From Phoronis australis (lineage: Eukaryota; Animalia; Phoronida): a stretch of DNA of 64,000 bases. Within the stretch, counting starts at the first letter, position 1. Each line of letters begins with the position of its first letter. This document shows positions 59,701 to 64,000 of this stretch, one piece after another. The position numbers and the translations under genes were made by a program. The DNA is taken from contig NMRA01000104.1 of NCBI GenBank assembly GCA_002633005.1, positions 556,841 through 620,840 on the forward strand, given 5' to 3'. The notes beneath the pieces are model-generated. The model was not told where the DNA came from, did not search any database, and saw nothing but the letters and a program-made list of their open reading frames with translations.

Positions 59701-62700
59701 AGTTCAAATCATTCACCCGTTAATTTTATTTACACAACAATTCATTGTGGATATATGTTGATTGCACACTATTTTAAACAAGAGCAACGCGTTTAAATGC
59801 ACCCACGACAGCAATGCAAATACTATGCTTCTAGGGGTGTTTATAAGTGTCAAAAATAGACACTAGGTGGCGCATGATCCATCTGTCAAATCCATCCCAA
59901 AATGGAAAAATGGCATCACCATTATCACACATTTCAATAAAAGCTGACAAAGGATTTAGAAGATACAGATGGTAACATAAAAACCAAAATTGCCAGTAGG
60001 GTGTACAGCGGTAGTTAGAACCGTCTACATGTCTTAGGTAGCTGTAGTCACGTTTATAGTATAAAACTACTTCTTGCAAAATTTCACAAAGATCCTTCAT
60101 AGCAGTAAGGAGATACAACCGAGGAAGCAAAAAAGACGAAAATCGTCATCAGGAAGCATCACAGTTGGCAAATCAGTCCACAAATCAACGTCTTCTTATC
60201 AAGAACAAAAAGGGCACTCCAAAAATAAAACTAGTCACTAGATGATGCAAAAATACATGAAATCCACACCAAAATGGAAAACCGTTAATAGAAACCTATT
60301 AGCCAAAATTCACGAAAATCCATCAATGAACTCCAAAAAACACAGCTGAGGCAAACGTAAACAACTAAAACTGACACTAGGGGGCACAGTGGTAATCAAA
60401 TGTGTCTGAAACGTGTCAAGAAGTTCTCAGCTCCATAGGAACAAGTCTGCCAAATTTCACAAAGATCCCAAAAAAAGGTTAAGGCGACAAAGCTGTAGAC
60501 GAAAAAACACCAAAGTAGTTACTAGGCAAATAGACAGAAGAATGTCAAAAATGGACTCGAAACTGTTAAAAAGCCCCACTAGGAAGTGCGCAATACAAAA
60601 AAATCGTCAGAAAATCGAAAGGCATTGTTGTTACCTTATTAGAAACCTATTTGTCAAGTTTCATGAAAATCCATCAATGAACTCTGAAGATACACATAAA
60701 GTCAAGAAAACATAAAAAATTAACACTAGGGGGCACACCACTCATCAGATTAGGCTGAAACTTATCAGCTGTTGTCAACTCCATAGAAACATATCTGCCA
60801 AATTTCACAAAGTTCCTGCAAAGCATTAATGAGATACAGCCGTGGATGCAAAATGAAACAAAATCTGCACTAGGTCTTATGTCCACAATGTGTGGACTTA
60901 CCAGTAAAAATGTTATACGACATGGTAAGCCAGGATCATGGCTGTGAAGGTGCAGGACATGTATGTTCCACACGTCACATATTAGCAGGAAAAATACCCA
61001 ACCCAACACCTGCACATCGCAGGACAGATGAGAAACTTATGAGCTCAGCACATGGCCGTTCATTTCTCACTGCAGACATGCAACTGAACACTTACAAATG
61101 TGCCAACAACTTCCCAAAAATTCATTGCACAAACAACCTCTTGCACCGTCTGTGCAAAGCTTAATGGAAACTGACATAAAGAGATCAAGACCCTCATCAT
61201 GTGAAAGTACAAACACATGAACATCAATGCATCACGTTTCCAAGCTGAAGGTTGCCTTTGTTTAAGATGTGTGACAATACTTACTGTATAAGCTTTTGGT
61301 TTTGAATGACAGTATGCTTCTGAAGTTGCTCAAAGTTGTACTTCTCATCAGAAGCATGTTGATCAACAATGAACAAATCATTCCACAATTTGACAATGAT
61401 GAAACCCAGGTTAAACTGAAATCAAACAAGGATCAGTGAGCAGTAGGGTAAGGTTACTTCAAGTTAGAAAACACAGCATGATAGAACTGTCAAATTGTAT
61501 TTTAACAAAAGAGGAAGAAAACCACTTCATTATTTGGAGTCAATATTTTACAAGCAAATCATGGAATTTTCAGTATTTTTAGCAATGCAGTGAGCTTTTG
61601 AAAAATGAAGAATTTGGGCATTGTTTTTGTTTGAATTCATGGAAAGTTTACCAAACAGCCTCAGAGTCCCTTATGCTTACGACAAATGACAAATTAAAGA
61701 AAATAGTGTGCCCTACATAGCTGAACAAAATCAACAGACATCTGAAGATGTCTCATTTTCACACTGGTATAAATTTTAACAGCATATAAAGCTTCCTCTT
61801 GCGACATTGCGTCAACATTTTTCAGGACAAAACTACCTATGTCGTGGTACAAAATATGAACAGAATCTATAGCTACACTCATTCCCATTGCTAAAATGTG
61901 TAGCACAGTGAAAGATTCTGACTGGTTGAAAAATAATGTTCTAGCATTCCAATTGGTTGATGTTGAATATAAATAGGTAAATAAAACAACAAGAATGGAT
62001 CAACTGAAATTTTCGGATGTAATAACGTCCTTTGTCAACAGAAACACAAATAATGTAAAATCAAACACTATATGACAATTGACATTTAAGATATGGTGTA
62101 ATGAATACGATACATTTTTGCGTAAAAAATTCAATGACATATTTTAAGAAGTTTTTATGTTCAATCCATGAGGTTGGAGTTGAGAAATGTACAAGAATAT
62201 TGCTTCATGTATTGAAAAATGCTTTTATGACTTGTAGCAGTGTAACAATAAGAACAGACTAAATCAATCTGTTCCACACAAGTTTATGTTTGGTGACACA
62301 CTCAATACAGCAAGGACAAAAGCATTCACATAAAAATAGATTAGCAGATGCAGATTCACTACCTGGCCCAATACTTCCATTTTCTTGAACATGTCTTTGG
62401 ATATCTCTTTACGCAGCTCATCTTCTGCAGACTGGTTTTCATCAGGAGAGATGCGAGCGCGGAAACTTCGCTGCAGACCATGAGAACCCTCTAAAATGGT
62501 GCAACATAAATTATCCTTTAAAACTGTTTCGAGAAAATGTTCTTTTTGGTTCATACACTACAGGAAGACGTCACGATGCTCCATTTCAATTTTAACACTA
62601 TATCACTTGACAGCAGATCAGAGATTAGATTAAATGCCAGCGACTACACCATCAAATGGATTAATACACCGATATTGTGTACAAGTTTAATCTAAACAGT

Positions 62701-64000
62701 TCATATAACGAAAAATACTCAACTCCCAAATGGTGTAGACAATTACAAGACGGCCTATAACTTTATCAGTGACAACTGCTAACAAAATGAACTTGTTGAG
62801 TCACTGCTTACATACCTTTCCTCAATGTACAGGGCTCGGCCTGGTGTTTATGTTTTAAACTATTCATTGAGAATGGAACCATCACTGTTTTCTTGAAAAC
62901 ATCCACAGCTTCATCCTGTTGTCACCCAAAACAAGAGCATTGTGGAGCGTTAACATGAGCCCATGGCGCGCATCACAAAAGGCTAATTTATAAGCACTAC
63001 AGTAAGCAATACTAGTTGATTTAAGATAGAGTCAACCGGTTACAATATCATGATGGTCAACCGAAAAAATTCAATGCTTTCAAGCCTAACTTCAACGGAA
63101 TTTTATTTTAGATGTATTGGGCTAACCAGATAGTCCTAGCAAAGCCTTAGTAAAATAAGAAAACGCGAGTTCAATCACGCAAATGTGAGCCTGTCAAATG
63201 ATAAGTGAACCTGCCTTTTTGTGCCATTTTGCGTCACCGCGAGATCCCAGCACAAACTACAAAAGGTTGTATGGAATAGGGGTCTGAATAGAACACCACT
63301 GTGTGCGGGTGTTATTCGCAGCTGTTTGAATTAAAAGGTCATTCTTGCGGTGACGTAGAAAAAGCAAACCAATACGCCTAACAGTTCGTTACATTCGACA
63401 ATTTATAGCACTAGTGGGCTCAGAGGGATGCTCTTAACATACTGTGGGAACCAAATTTTCAGGTGTTACCGTTGAAGATAGGCTTTCAGATATTCAGAAT
63501 GCAGTAAAGAAACGTAAAACTGCAACAATGCCGTCATGATCAACTTAATAGAAACTCGACTGCTAGTTAGACAAAGAGGTGGAAAACTAAATATTAATCT
63601 CTAAAGTGTTTCTACTTACTATCACCTTTTGGCTAAGGTTGGTCATATTTATTAACAAGGTACTTATTTAATACCAAGCTAGAATTTGATTAGCCAACAC
63701 TCTTAGTAATCATAATATAACCATGAACAGTATTGGACAAGTCTGAATAAATTAGAATCACATTGATTTATGAACCTCCTTTTCATGCCTATGGTCATTT
63801 TCTAAATTGGTGATGTAGCACACATTTATAGTCAAACAATGCAACAAAAGCAGGTACAAAAATATCAAATCAATCCACCAAGCAGACTTACCAACTGGGT
63901 AAGTGCAATCCTGCTCTGGCCACAGCCATCTCTTGATGCTACACTGCCAGATGTGTAGTTCCCTTTACTCTCCTCCCTTGATAGTGAATTACTGTCATAA
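56779..64000 (-). CDS. PMS2: Mismatch repair endonuclease PMS2, C-terminal part (gene continues beyond the window)
   Basis: Exons: >64000-63892, 62915-62816, 62490-62363, 61415-61285, 59503-59403, 58149-58081, 57568-57531, 57281-57141, 56847-56779. Motifs: [26 protein letters not shown] (DQHA-x2-E-x4-E endonuclease), [35 protein letters not shown]. Confidence 0.95.
58820..59035. repeat. Degenerate ~62-bp tandem repeat in a PMS2 intron
   Basis: caacaggtggcactgccagctgtaatgggcagg recurs at ~58869, 58931 and ~58996, with a weaker copy at ~58820. Confidence 0.75.
59777..60870. mobile_element. Helentron/HINE-like repeat with internal tandem modules in a PMS2 intron
   Basis: Begins aacaagag and repeats cactagg(g)gg...ccatag(g)aac..tctgccaaatttcacaaag and aaaatccatcaatgaactc modules. 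Similar to 47040-47660 and 55540-55890. Confidence 0.55.

Overview
Eukaryotic, intron-rich, AT-rich animal DNA, most likely a lophotrochozoan/mollusc-like invertebrate (inferred from gene style and repeat types). By hand splicing I find three complete multi-exon genes: PDIA6 (minus, 17932-26101), INTS9 (plus, 26300-42958) and an unnamed PH-domain, tyrosine-rich adaptor gene (minus, 43868-52238). Also present are the 3' part of PMS2 (minus, 56779 to beyond the window end), an intronless class A peptide-type GPCR (minus, 10065-12608, inflated by assembly duplications), and a long terminal exon encoding four copies of an uncharacterised ~115-aa domain (2743-4163). Intergenic and intronic DNA carries MITEs and foldback elements with visible TSDs, Helentron/HINE-like repeats, a LINE RT relic and minisatellites. 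Single N characters mark contig joins, four of them flanked by near-identical (probably allelic) duplications. The best lead is that the PDIA6 and INTS9 start codons are head-to-head and 198 bp apart, with a perfect ERSE (CCAAT-N9-CCACG) and a UPRE (TGACGTGG) between them. No CRISPR array, rRNA or convincing tRNA was seen. All calls are by eye, without database searches.
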